From NCBI RefSeq assembly GCF_006345805.1, contig NC_043002.1, positions 53,444,001 through 53,508,000 of the forward strand: a stretch of 64,000 bases of DNA. Direction: 5' to 3'. The notes under the pieces were generated by a model. That model ran no database searches. It saw nothing but the letters and a program-made list of their open reading frames with translations, and was not told the DNA's origin. This stretch comes from Octopus sinensis (Eukaryota). Shown here piece by piece: positions 38,355-52,050 of this stretch (its first letter is position 1; each line of letters opens with the position of its first letter). The translations under genes and the position numbers were made by a program.

Positions 38355-39389
38355 CCGAAGTTACTTCACGCAGACAACCTGTGTATTTGCCGGTAGGCTG
38401 CGATTTGTCAAAGTGGAGAATACTCTCTCAAAACACCAGGTGCTAAAACACGTGAAAGTCATGGGCAGGTGAGATTACTCACCTCTAACCTCGTTCGGGA
38501 GTGATGGATATAGATGTTTTGCTATATGTATACATGTGTTTGTGGTGGAGAGTAGTGTATACAATGTAGTATTATCTCCATGTAAGAGAGAACTGATTAC
38601 ATTTTTATACAAACGCACACGATGAATAACTTCGAGATATGTGGTACATGAAACCAGAATTGCTGGTGCTCTTAAGTTTTTCAGTCTGTTATAGATAAGA
38701 ATTAATTGTAAAATTGCGGCTAATATTTAACTTGCATGAAACTGGCATCTATATTCACGTTCTCACGGTATATTTGTGCGTATATAAATACATTTACCAA
38801 TATATCCACATGTCATTACGAATGTGCAGAGACATATTAAAATAAAAATTATAAATTAATGAATGATATCATATTAGTTGTATCACATAGCTTCTATGAA
38901 ATGCTATTTAATATATTTCCCACATTGCCTCTAATTTGATTGTACATAACTAAACGAGACAGTCAATTTTACATTGTTTTATAATATGCTTAATTTTTAT
39001 ATTTATAATATAAAATAAGTAATTAATTTCAGCTATTTCTGTTTCTTAATGTTTCCTCGACGATCAACAGAACAATGTTTTCTTAATGTTATTAACCATC
39101 ATAATTATGATTTTTAATTGCGATTTCAAGAATTTTTTACAAAAGTTGTTCCACCAAAGATGTCTTAACTTCTATAGAACATTTTCATGCAAAAGAATCG
39201 TTGGTTGGTATTATTAGCATCAGATCTTATAAGAAATACTGTCCTATAATTTCAACTAATATATGCTTGGTAATTATACTCAAAGGATGAAATATAAGAC
39301 GGTAGAAGGTCATGAAGCACTCGAACCATCTACTCATGTTACTTAAGCTATCGCTAGACTCACTATAACATAGATTTCAAATTTTCGCA

Positions 39390-39585
39390 CAAGGCCAGAA
39401 ATTTCGGCGGCGGGTCTAAGTCGATTGCATCAACCTCAGTGCTCGACTGATACTTATTTTATCAACACTGAAAAGATGAAAGGCAAAGTCGAACTTAGCA
39501 GAATTTGAATTTCGATTGTAAAGATGCTCGAAATGCCGCTATTCATTTTGCCTGGCGTGCTAACAATTCCGCCAGCTCGCCGCCA
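39390..39585 (-). mobile_element. tRNA-derived SINE, family B
   Basis: Reverse complement of ggcggcgagctggcggaattgttagcacgcc..aattcaaattctgctaagttcgactttgcctttcatc..gataaaataagta. Confidence 0.8.
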
Positions 39586-41107
39586 TAAAGCTCAGTATAA
39601 TATTGACCGTTGGACTATTTGCACAAGAGCCAGAGACACAGTAAATTCTATTGTTGCCGTGTAAAGGGAAAGTGGGGTAATGAAAGCTTTTTCTATTATT
39701 TATATATTTATTATCTTTGTCTGAAGGTAGGAGCAAAGTTCAAGGACTTTGCGGCTCCTTTGAAACTGATGACATTTAGAATTCAATACCAACAGTAAAT
39801 GCATGTGTAGTAGTGGACTCCAGAAGGCTGAAGTTCTGAGTAGTAGTTCATGTGAGCCCTGAAACGGGGAAGTAGTAATATGGCTGGCCAGAGGATGGGA
39901 GATTAGAGAGTCGGGATTGCCTGAATGATAGTATGGAATCGATAGTATCCCAGACTAAAGTTTGCTTGGCATTTTAATTTCATGCCTTTACATTTTTGGT
40001 TGAAATCACGTTAGCTTATTATTTTCTTCTCGTTATAAAAACCCCCCAATTAAGTACCAAATATGTATCGGTGATGGTTCAGTCGTATATACTATCAACA
40101 ACATACCTATCTACCAACACCGTTATAACCTTGTTCCAATGTGAGAAATCAGTGACATATCTAATTCATGATTAAATGTAATCGATCGCTATAATTTCCT
40201 AATTCAGAATTTTATTTTCTAAAATTGTATTGATTTCTACATAGTATTATATATTATTTCATTCAGAATGTTATCAACGGTCTCTTATGCAAATAGATGA
40301 AGTGGTTGATCTCTTTGATCAAAGAACTGTTTGATCTTGCCGATAAAGCCATCAACCTACTAGAGTATTCTTCAAAATGGAGCTTATAATGAACATAATT
40401 ATTCATTCGGGGAACATATATAAATTATACGCTTTTTAATAAGCTTGCTGTTTCCATTTACTCTGTGTATAGCAACAAAAACAATGAAAATCACTAAATT
40501 CACAACAGGAATTATATAAACACAAATAGCAGCTATCATGCGAAAACAACTTTTCAGCACACAAGTCATAATTCTAAATTACAATATATAAATTACTTGT
40601 ATTTTTGAAGGAATTATCTACCTATTTGAATTTCATTTCACTTCTGTCTTAGAGTTGCTTTGTTTACTGTCTTAATAAGCACGAGTACAAATAAAGTTAT
40701 TACAAATCTTCGATTGTTTCTCTTACTGAACATCAGTAGAATCTCAAATATATGCATATAACTGAAACTCAGTTAATATAAGCATTTTCGACATCGCGGC
40801 ATCACAGCATCCAATAAACCCCGTAATTATGAAGTTTAGAACCGTTTTGAACCAATTAATTCTCATCAAATGCTTACAATAAACGAATATATTATTCTAT
40901 ATACCTCCGGCCATTGTATCTCATGCAACAGAACCGCCTTATACCGACAGTACAAAATCACAAGTATATGCATGCAGGGGCACACGAATACATATCCAGC
41001 CAGCCAGCCAGCCATCCGTGTGTATCTATCTGTCTATCTATCTATCTGTCTATCTGTCTGTCTGTCTGTCTGTCTATCCATCTATGTATCTAGCTAGCAA
41101 GCAATTG

Positions 41108-41149
<42 letters not shown>

Positions 41150-42170
41150 CACACACATATAGGTGTATGTGGGCGCGCGTGTCCTATATCCTGGTCTTGT
41201 GATTTTGAATGCTGCCCTCCAGCTGAAATTTCTTGAAAGTGTCAAGCTTTGGAGTATTAAAGAACGTTGTCTGTTTTCAAACGCATTGAAGGCAGTGTGA
41301 AGACACTGTAATTATTAGTAATGCTGAATACAACATTGAGATGTGTTCTGATGTTTTGAGCTTTAGCACTTCTTCAGAAAGTTAATTAGTTGAAAAATGT
41401 TTAGAAGAAGAAAATAAAAAGGTGGTGACGGAGAAATGAACGTGTTGTTTTGCATAAGATCATGTTGAAAACAGCGAAGTAGAAGGACTGGAAGTGGCAC
41501 AGAAGGAATGAGGCTTTATATGTAAAGAGCAACATGAGAGTTGTGCAAATTATATATTGTACAGGTGTGCATGTATATGTATTTTTAGTGTGTGTCTTGT
41601 GGACCTAATATATATGCGTGGGTGTATAGTTAAGAATCTTTATGTTTGCGTGTATATGTATGTATGTGTGTTATTACCAGCATGTATATATAAGCATGCC
41701 GGCCACAACTCTTTACAGTATTTCGCCCGTCTTCACGTTCTTAGTTCAAATTCTGCCGATGTTGAATTTGCCTTTCATCATTCGGGGTCGATAAAATAAG
41801 TACCTCCCCCAAAGTTTGAAACCATTATTAATATATATACATATCATTGCCAGCCAAGTGTGGCGTCCTATATGGCACAGTGCTACTGGCGTTTATAGCC
41901 CCAGGAAGACCTCTCTTCCAGCTGGCTAACGGCACGCATTGTGTCCGATTACTATTTGCGAGGGGAGGTCTTTTGCTCCCATCCTTAGCCTTACGTAATA
42001 CACACGAACTTAAGTTTCTGGGTGGTTCCTCTTCTTCATCATGTGTCAATCACCAGCTAGTGATGAACCCCCTCCACTCGCAATCATATGTTACGATTCC
42101 GTATTGCTACTGTTTACATCTCGCTCAGAGATTTAGTATAGCCTTATATATATATGTGTGTGTGTGTGTG

Positions 42171-42212
<42 letters not shown>

Positions 42213-42299
42213 ATGTATGATCCGAAGGTATTCGGTAAGACGATTGAAAAAGCACGGTCTGTTGTTTCCGACATATCGTGAGTTGCAGTCGGAGCATTT

Positions 42300-42870
42300 T
42301 GATCGTTAGATATGATTATTAAGAGAAGCAAACGGAGTAATCGGTTATATGAAAACAATTTTGATGGGTCAAATAATGAAGGCGATGTTGAAGAGGAAAG
42401 GAGAAGTGCATAAGCGGAGGCGTGCTCGAGAAAGAGATCCAGTTTGGGTGTGCGGAGAAGGAGAAGGAGCTACTTACGAGAATGTACATTGGATAAAAGT
42501 ATAAAGTAGGTGAATAATAGGTGGGGGAAGATGTGTGAAACGGTGATGGCTGATTGGAGGATTCGAAAGCAGCATAGGATATTGCGAAGGATATCATGGC
42601 GTAGTGGTAAGTGAGAGAGTAAGGTAGTTGGTTGTGGAGGCGGAAAGATAAGTTTTAGACAGGACGACGTCACAGCACAGGTCAAGGCGAAGAGATTAGC
42701 ATGGAGGGTACTCTCATCGATTGAAATGTTGAACTATGTATTGGGATTGTCTCACTAACATGAAAGGCAGAGGAATTGTGAGTTGGGGATTGTGTGCTTT
42801 GCATGCGCAGGGCAGGCATAGATGAAGTTGGTCTGGGAGTGGAAATCAGTGGTACACGCAATTTCATTTT
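42300..42870 (-). mobile_element. Possible decayed LINE C-terminal region (I/Jockey-like)
   Basis: GC-richer segment with a C-rich minus strand and a frameshifted RP.FIYACPA resembling the IRP.L.YA.PAW motif; otherwise unreadable. Confidence 0.3.
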
Positions 42871-43269
42871 CTGATATAATGTATCAGATTCACATTGTTA
42901 AATATTTCTTTGTTCTTTTTTTTTAAAAAGTAAATTCAAGGTTTGCCTAATTACAAATTTACACACATATATCTGTGTGTGAATGTGTGTGTGATTGTTT
43001 TGGGGGTCATTTGTACGAATTTAGAAAAAGACGCATAACTCATCAAAGTAATGCTGTATTTGGAACAAATCGGTACAAATAATCATAATTTTCAATTTAT
43101 GCCTAAAAGCCCAAAACGGAATGGCTCAGATTCCATCATATGGTGTACTCAATGAAGTCTATGGGTACACCAGCGACACTATGGAATCACAGGCATGCTG
43201 AAAGAAATCTTAGTATGTACCACGTGGACAGTATTATTTAGGAATGAGTCTTCCCAGAATTAAATTCCT

Positions 43270-43470
43270 TCAAATACCTGGAAGGCTTTTAGATGTAGTT
43301 TATAGTTTCGGTCACTGGGGGAATTTACTTAGCTGAAAATACAAACGGTAATCAGGATAAACAAGGCTTGGGAAAATTTCAAAGTGTTGTTACTTCTGCT
43401 AGCAAGAAGGTGATTATCTCTTTCTGAGAGAGGCAGATTCGTGACGTGTGTATAGGAAGATCGATATTGT
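43270..43470 (+). mobile_element. Short RTE-clade LINE remnant
   Basis: IRINKAWENFKVLLLLL..LSLSERGR..TCV resembles the RTE post-RT motif RI..AW.KF.EL.PLL...SL..KGR.Y.ACV. Confidence 0.5.
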
Positions 43471-44762
43471 TTGACTTTTACATATGCATATTGAATAATA
43501 TTAAATGCTCAGGTTGGAAATAAGTGAGGCAAGTAAATTGTACTGGATATGTAATGTTAGTATGCATGACCGATGAGGCATAAATGACTTGAGAAAAAAC
43601 TCCATCCAGAGGAATTGTGTATAGTGTGTAAAGAAGGTAATTTAGTTTATCATGATTATATCTTACTCAATGATATATACATGAATAAATTCATGCGCGC
43701 GCATGTGTGTGAGATCGTGTGTTTATATGTATGCGTGTGTATGTGTCTGTATATCCTTTTCATTATGCTATTCTGTGCTAGCACGTTTTCGATGGGTCTT
43801 GAAAAGCACGGCATCTCGCAGCATATTGCGGTTAATTGCTTCACTCGTGACGTTAGGCCTCCTTAGGGGAATGAGCTTGTGCAAGTGGAAGAAACTAGAA
43901 AACAGAAAGACGGAAGAAGATATGGAAATATCTGAAGTGCCAGGTTGGGCCTGGATTAATAATGCTACTTATGACCACTTCGATTCCTCTTATAAGGTTG
44001 TACGGCACGGAGGAAATTACAATGAATTGCATTCAGTGGCGCAACACTGCTAGATAAGACCTGCACCTACAAGGAATAACAGTCGTAATGTAATGATAAT
44101 CATGCACACGCGCATGCATGCACACACGCGCACACGCACGCGTCATAATGTAAAGGATATTCATGGTCAGCTAACGGTGAAGTTCAGTAGACTGTCAGTT
44201 TTCAGAGAATATCTATACCGAGTTTTAAATGCGTCTGCAATGCATATTACCAAAATAATTCAAGAATATAAAACATAATTTTAATGCTAGCTTTAAATGA
44301 GATTTTTGTTCTTCAATAAGGAAGAAAGAAATTAAAGAAACAGAGTGAAAAGATTTTATATTACGGTATGTTTCAGAGGAATTTCTGAAGACTGATGTCA
44401 CGGTTGGCGTTTAATCATCTGGGGGCGTCGGAGGAATAAGAGGCTTAATCTTGACCCCACCACTTTCACGTCTGTACATTAGTGCTGTGAATATACTGAA
44501 ATTGGTGTTCTTTATTTCATTTGGCGTTGCTGTGCCAAAACTGCTACTTGGGTTTAAATTGTATGCTAAACTTAAAGTTCAAATCGTTTTTTTTTTCTGA
44601 ATCTATAGTAAAAACCGGGACGTTTTGTTTTTTAAATGAATATATTTTACTATCTTAAAACTGTTATAGGGCTTTAGATTTTAAATTTATACTCCTATTA
44701 TTACGCAACACATTTATACTTTAAATTTTCAGCAAAAGAATTTCAATTTTTATTATTTTGCT

Positions 44763-44960
44763 ATAGCGGCAGCGAACCAGCAGAATCGTTAGCTCCCCGA
44801 AAAAAAATCCTTACGTCTTTCCTTCTGAGATCAAATGCCGCCGTGGCCGACTTAGCTTTTTATCCTCTCTGGGTTGATAAAAGAAGTACCAGTCGAGCAC
44901 TAGGGTCGATGTAATCGCCTAACATCCTACCCCAAACTTTCAGGCCCTGTGCCTATAATA
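44763..44960 (+). mobile_element. SINE family B copy with locally triplicated tail (cctgtgccta)
   Basis: cagcagaatcgttagc..gataaaagaagtaccagtcgagcactagggtcgatgtaatcg. Confidence 0.75.
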
Positions 44961-45699
44961 TTATTTCAGACCCTGTGCCTATAGGATTATTTTGCTTCGG
45001 CTGCTCACATTCAGCCGCTGATCCTGTGCCTAGCTAACTCTGTGTTCATTCAACATGTTACACATATGAGTCAAATTTCTCTACCAACTAAAATAAAAAA
45101 AGAACATTTGTTAAACGAGCCACCCGAATATACACAAAAATCAACAAAAAATCAAGTCCCTCGAATATGCACGGAAAGAAAAAGAAAGTAACATAGAAAT
45201 GAAACGGTCACAACTGAACTGTCTCTGCATGTAGGCTGCTCCATCACCAGTAAAATGTGACACAACATGTCTGTAGTCGTTCATCATACCAAAAGTTATT
45301 TCAATACATCTCAAACAGCCGCCAATTCTTTCCCACTGCTTTTCTTGCTATCCCCCCCCCCCAAAAAAAAATGGAATAAAAAAAAAGAAATGATTGAAGT
45401 AACTTACAGTGAGTCACTTACCACTCACCATTTTTTTTATTTCTTACATATTCACAAGTAAGATCTAATATTAAGTGAAATATTTTTAAAGCATCTTTGA
45501 AATGACGGAAAATCTTAAAAGTTTCGAATACGAATGCACTTTGATTTAATGTAAATTATACATACATGAACTTGGTGGTGGTGGTGGTGGCGGTATTAGG
45601 AGGTACGCTTTGAAAACAAGTTTTATTTGCATGTAACAAAAAAAAGGTTATAGACGAAAATGGAATCAAACTATAAGAAATATAAGTATGAAGAAACAA

Positions 45700-46150
45700 A
45701 TAAAACATAAACTTAAATCACAATTAGGAGGAAAGCAAGTTAAACTTGTTGTAACTTAGTTTAAATATTTTCAAAATAGGCAACACACAATGTTTACGAT
45801 GCACAATAAGGAAACCGATACAGCGAAAGAAGCCAGTTTTGCGAAATGACAGAAATATTCCTATACAAAACACCCATACTCTGCTGGCAAATTTCACGAA
45901 AGAAATTATAGCTGAAGTTCTTAATGTTGAAATTTTTGAACTCAAAGTATCGAAAGATCGTTATGCATGAGCACCTGATAGAACTAATTGTTTCAGGTGC
46001 AACAATATATCGGCTAGATTTTCAACGAATCACAACCAACACAGAGAGTTACCAGATCTATTGAAGCAGTAAAAAACAACATTAATAGCCAAATAAATGT
46101 AGCATTATCTTACATGAAATTTTATGGTGACACTAAATGACATGGCAGAA
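45700..46150 (+). mobile_element. Possible hAT transposase remnant
   Basis: EASFAK*QKYS.TKHPYSAGKF resembles the hAT/Buster ASF..A..IAK.K.PF..GEF motif; a single weak motif. Confidence 0.3.
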
Positions 46151-46159
46151 TTTGATTAA

Positions 46160-46590
46160 GGATCTTTTCGGTTTGAACGGCAGTTTTTAGCATAATTTCT
46201 AGGTAACTAAAAAATTTTAAACTTCGTATACTGGTAGAATGTGTTTATAAAACATCTTTTTCTCTTGACTTTATTGAGAAAATTCTATAGTTTGTAAGAT
46301 ATTTTTGTTTTTTTCTTCAATTTCTGCAATTTCAACCAATCAGTGACGTCGATTGAGTTAAAAAGCATTCTGTGCCGTATGAATATGTCCCTCGTTTAAG
46401 AAACAGATTGGGTTTATTTACATTTGTGAAAAAAAGATACCCTACCCCTAACCCTAACCCTAACTAATCCTAACTAACCCTAACCCTAAAAGAGATTGAA
46501 ATGCAATAGATCGATTCTAAGGTCATAATTATGGGTGACAATTTCATATGACACCGCTAGATAAAACTGCCATTCAAACCGAAAAGATCC
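46160..46590. mobile_element. 431-bp MITE with ~28-bp TIRs, an exact 8-bp TSD and internal (CCCTAA)n-like repeats
   Basis: TIR ggatcttttcggtttgaacggcagtttt / aaaactgccattcaaaccgaaaagatcc (1 mismatch). TSD TTGATTAA at 46152-46159 and 46591-46598. ccctaa-type repeats at ~46440-46489. Confidence 0.9.
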
Positions 46591-46749
46591 TTGATTAAAA
46601 TACCTTTAAGTTTTCTTTCATTTTTTTGCTTTTGTTAATTTTTCTCCATGTTCTTATCAAACATTTCGTATTTTCCTCTTCTAATATATTTTTATCAGTT
46701 TAATTTTATGCTACTCAAATGCATATTTTTTATACTTACACCTTCTTAT

Positions 46750-47075
46750 ATTCTGAGTTCAAATTCCGCCGAGGTCGTCTTTACCTTTCTTTCTTTCGGG
46801 GTCGATAAAATAAGTACCAGTTACGCACTGGGGTCGATAAAATCGACTTAATCCGTTTGTCTGTCCTTGTTTGTCCCCTCTGTGTTTAGCCCCTTGTGGG
46901 CAGTAAAGAAATAGGCATTTCGTCTGTCTTTATGTTCTGATTTTAAATTCCGCCGAGGTCGACTTTGCCTTTCATCGTTTCGGGGTTTAAATTAAGTACC
47001 ATTTGCGTACTGGGATCGATGTAATCGACTGGCCCCCGCCCACAAAATTTTGACCTTGTGCCTAGAATAAAAAAG
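46750..47075 (+). mobile_element. Dimeric SINE family B (two bodies joined by a ~90-bp linker)
   Basis: gagttcaaattccgccgaggtcg.. occurs twice, separated by aatccgtttgtctgtccttgtttgtcccctctgtgtttagccccttgtggg. Confidence 0.85.
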
Positions 47076-47663
47076 AATATACCTACCTAGTAGAAAACAT
47101 TTCTTTCTTTCACTTGTCTACCTCAAGGACTCTGTGACTCATGTTTTCCCTTTTCCAATTCCTGATGTCACTTTATCTCTTTCTCTCTCTCATTCCCTTT
47201 CTTTTGCTATTACTCAATCACACACTTAAAGAAAGTTTTGAGACAAGAATATTAACACACGTCTGTCATTATTACTCATAAAATAGCCGTCCCGTCTACT
47301 TGAAGCAGCTAAACCTCTCTCTTGTTATTATATTCTAAATTTTCACCCAGTCACTCCATTTATGTCTCAGCCTCTCATCCTCGCAATCTTTCGTGAACTT
47401 TTTATCACTGTCTTTTCTAGGAAGAGCTACTTCAATGGTTTAACCCAAATGTTTGCAGACAATCGATTTAAGCATCTCCACAGAACAATATCTCACTTAT
47501 GGTACCTAAAAAAATCGATATCAGTCGAGTAAAAATAAGTATAACATGAAAGAGATGAAGAAAAAATTTTTAGCACGAAACATCCGCCCCAAAATCATCT
47601 TCAAGCATATTACCACATAGATGATATATGCACGCACACACTCACATATACATACATATATTA

Positions 47664-47694
<31 letters not shown>

Positions 47695-47868
47695 CATACA
47701 TACATACATACATACATACATACATACATACATACATACATGCATACGTACATGCATACATACATATATATGTGTATGTACAAGCACGCAGATATTATAC
47801 ATTAGAGTGTGAAATTTTAACAATTTGTTGCCGATTATTGAATGATATGAAGCCGAGGACCAGTGTAG

Positions 47869-47917
<49 letters not shown>

Positions 47918-48769
47918 AAAATATGCATAATCGTATCAAAATATAATTATTATAATTATTTATGAAAATATCATGAGTTGCAGAGAAAACATGTAAAATA
48001 ATTCTGGAACTTTCAGCTTCTTATAAAATATTCTTTAGGGATAGTGTAATCCTTCTGTATAAACATAGATTTTTCACACATCAAAATATTATTCTATAGG
48101 TTGTTCAGATCTCTCAACAAACAAAAGGTATCAAGCGAATCACAAAACTCTGATCTTTTCTGTTATAATATTCTGATATCGATCAAAAGGAATTACATTA
48201 AATGTCTTACTGAAAAAACGAAGATGAGATGTATAGTTGGAGATAAAGGACATGTTTAGCATTTATTGAAAAAGAAAAACCAAAATATTTGGATTCTGAT
48301 TTCGAAAACGTTCCTCCAAGGAACTATGCACTCGAAACGTTCACATCAGATCTTCTCAATATGATATTCTTCAAAATCAATCGTGTTACAATTTTCAAGG
48401 TATATTACACAAAGGAGCTACGAACTCTAAATGCTCCCAGCATATTCATATTTCTATGGTTAAAACTAAAAATATGCCCGAAAGTCACAACCGCATATAT
48501 CATAAAGATCTTTACAGCAGTATCACAAATATCGAAACTCAATTCTGCTACTTAATATGTCATTAATTTAGAAGTAAACGACGTAACTACTGCTTTAAAC
48601 TAGATTGTAAAGTAGACTTAGACATTACTTGAAATATATGTTTCTTTTAAAAGATTGTACACATAATTTTCTCGCCAAGCCAAAATATAAAATAAGATAC
48701 CCTAAAAATTGTGGTTGGTAGTGTCAATAAAAATATTTTAGATACCACCATATTTGATACTAAACAGGT

Positions 48770-49025
48770 CGAAGTTGGCGAACTGGCAGAATCGTTGACA
48801 CGCCGGATAAGATACTCAGCAGCATAGAATTAACTTATGAATTCAAATCCCACCGCGATCGACCTTAAAGGCGGCGAGCTGGAAAATGCCTAGTTGAAAT
48901 TCTGCCGAGGTCGACCTTGCCGTCCATCCTTTAGTCGATGAAATAAAATAAGAACCAGTTGAGTACTGGTTGGCGCAATATAATAAACCTCCCGAAATTG
49001 CTGGCCATGTCTCAGAATTTGAAGC
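48770..49025 (+). mobile_element. SINE family B with a nested or duplicated head
   Basis: ggcgaactggcagaatcgttg..gaattcaaatccc, then aaaggcggcgagctgg..gccgaggtcgacc. Confidence 0.7.
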
Positions 49026-50271
49026 CAATACTACTTGTCTATCTTTGTAGCGTACTACTTCATCAGTTACCATGTGGTTCAGTGACAGAGATAATTGCTA
49101 TTATATGTTTATACACTTTGATATAGTAGTTTCCTTCTAAATGTGACTGAATCACTTTCGGAAACAACTTTAAAATTCAGTAGAAATTTCGTAAAAATTT
49201 GTGATTTGAACATTTAAAATATTATGTCTGCTAGGAACTCTGTTGTTTATGACTAATTCCTTTTGGCGGGGAATTGTTTGTTGATGATGGGATCATATGA
49301 CGGAGCTGAGAATTGGGAACTGCAACGATGCGAATAATTGTACTTATCTATTTCTTCTTGAAGAGCGAGTTTAACAAGAAAAGTCTTATCTTACAAATAA
49401 AAGTAAGGCAGTAATTTACTGAAAGTCTGTCTTTCCAAGTATATCTGGAAATGATATTAGTAATTCTAAAACGAAACGATCCCAGAATATGCCCTTCCTC
49501 AATTAATTGCTCCAGGAAGTGTGATACTTGTATATTTTAAGAGCATGAGATTCTGTCTCAGTCTTTTGCAATTTTGAGATTGGAAATGATAATTTCTCGT
49601 AGACGATTCCATTGCAAATTGATTGAGGAGATACTTCCATTAACAGTTAAAATAAATTATTTGCAACATGATAGATTTGCCATACTCCAAAAGATTGTCA
49701 TAGAATGACGTAAAATGCAGTAAATTTTTTCTATTGAAATATAACTTTATTGACAATAGCGACCCTCTTGGTTTTCAAGTGTTCTATTAATATTGATGGT
49801 ATGAAAATATCAGCCACCTTTGCATGTCAAAGGCAGTGGTGTAGCAAAGATTCTCTGCATCTTGCAGCAAAAATGTTTTTGGCGCCCCACGTTAAATTAC
49901 AGACTAGAGAAACTTTTGAGTCCCTTTACGCCTATACCTCTGGGCAACTACTCCATACTCCTAACTTGCTATGACTCTGGTGTATAGATACATATTTTAC
50001 TTATTTTGCGCAAGACAACTGAACAAATATATGTGCGACATATTCTTATGTTTATTTTTGGCAGGAAAATCAATTAGAACTTCGAGCTCTAACCGCATTT
50101 CGATGAATTTATGAATATTTTTGCTTGTATACTGTTATGCTGCTTCCTTGTGTCAACTGTTTGAATAACCGATGACACGAAACTTAAAGATGTTACTCTA
50201 GAATCTTCGGCTTCTAATTAATTAAACATATTCCACCTATGCACTTAATGTAATTTTCACCAAGTAAATAC

Positions 50272-50351
<80 letters not shown>

Positions 50352-50504
50352 CACAACACAGAACCTGGAAGAAGGGTCAGTACCTACAATGTTTGTATTT
50401 CCACTGAGACTAGTAAGCTTGATGACTTTAATCCTCCGTTCAGTACCTGCGGGAAAGGCATGTAACTGATCTTCTGTAGAAGAAGAGTTTAGCATAGCGG
50501 TCAA

Positions 50505-51065
50505 TGTTGGCCAAGTGGGGTTGTGTTGTGTGAACGCCCCCAGACGATGAAGTAGGCTAGCCCAATACGTAGATATAGAGGGAGAAGCCTAGACGTCAGG
50601 AGCATAGTCGAGCAGAGAAGAGTTGAGTAGAGGTCATCCGAACGTGCGACATAACAGGTTGTTTACAAAATGATGAGGGTGGAGAGACCAGTATATGGAG
50701 TATGTCTGTGTAGTGGATGTACGATACTAGCCAGCTCTGAGGAATATTGGTCATTACAGCAATAAAAGAAAACCAGAAGGAGGAGATGGTGTATATCCGT
50801 TAGTGATGGGATGCCAGTTAGTAGAGTGACCTTTCTCTGGATGCGGTCCAGGATGTCTTTCTACATAATAGTAACGCTGCTCTAGATGGGGTAGCAGTGC
50901 TCTATGGTGGATATCAGTTGAACGTTTCTTTAAAGCGAGGTCTTCTAAAGACCTGGCTGTGGATGGAGAAAGTCATTATTAATGGTTGTCTCATTTATTG
51001 CATAGATGTTAGGAGTGAGATCAATTGGATGATAGTTAGTTGGATTGGAGGAGCTCCAACCATGC
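50505..51065 (-). mobile_element. Internally deleted, decayed LINE remnant (CR1/Zenon-like)
   Basis: The minus strand gives SSNPTNYHPIDLT (the NYRPIALT motif; ORF 50945..51151), then LDRIQRKVTLL..PSLT and YSSELASIV from the C-terminal region. Confidence 0.6.
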
Positions 51066-51299
51066 ATCGTCAGTAACAAGTGTAGACTCGCTACCCATAA
51101 TTTCCATGATATTATCTTTTTACTTTCGTATGTACGTATATATGCGTGCATGCATGCGTGTGTAAATAATAAATATAAGTTATGGTGGTTGGTTGCGTAG
51201 AAGGAATAATTTATTGCTTAATACAAGGTATAGTTTGTGAGTTCGAATCCAGAAAAGATTTAATTATTTACAGTTCTCAAGAAAATATATATATTTTTC

Positions 51300-51692
51300 A
51301 AATCTAGGCACAGGGCCCAAAGTTTTTTGAGAGGGGGCTAGTCGATTAGATCGACACCCTGCACGCAACTAGTACTTAATTTATCGACCCCGAAAGGATA
51401 AAAGGCAAAGTAGAGTTCGGCGGAAGTTGAGCTCAGAATGTAAAGGCAGACGAAATACCTATTTCTTTACTACCCACAAGGGGCTAAACATAGAGAAGAG
51501 AAACAAGGACAAACAAACGGATTAAGTCGATTATATCGACCCCAGTGCGTAACTGGTACTAATTTAATCGACCCCGAAATGATGAAAGGAAAAGTCGACT
51601 TCGGCGGAATTTGAACTCAGAACGTAGCAGCAGACGAAATACCGCTAAGCATTTCGTCCGGCGTTGCTGACATTTCTGCCAGCTCACCACCT
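51300..51692 (-). mobile_element. Dimeric SINE family B, second copy with intact head
   Basis: Reverse complement of the same two-body plus linker arrangement as 46750-47075. Confidence 0.85.
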
Positions 51693-51745
51693 TCAAGAAA
51701 ATATATATTGTTTTAATCGTGCATTGGTTTACAATATAATACATA

Positions 51746-52050
51746 GCTTCAAGGCTCAAATAAAGTTTTCCATGCCATATTGTGCTTTGTTTTAATCACA
51801 TTTCCCCTCCAGATACATTTTCCGATATTGTTATATCTCATCAATACAGCTTTCATAAAAATATAATATTGTTCATAGGAATAAAACAATATAATGCATT
51901 GCTTCAAGGCTCAAATAAAGTTTTCCATGCCATATTGTGCTTTGTTTTAACCCCATTTCCCTCCAGACACGCTTTCCAATATTGTTATATCTCATCAATA
52001 CAGCTTTCATAAAATATAATATTGTTCATAGGAATAAAACAATAATAATT
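51746..52050. repeat. 155-bp tandem duplication
   Basis: gcttcaaggctcaaataaagttttccatgcc starts at 51746 and 51901; few substitutions. Confidence 0.92.

Noticed and set aside
46440-46489. Interstitial telomere as the scar of a chromosome fusion
   Set aside because: Short, degenerate, single orientation, and enclosed within a TIR/TSD-bounded MITE.
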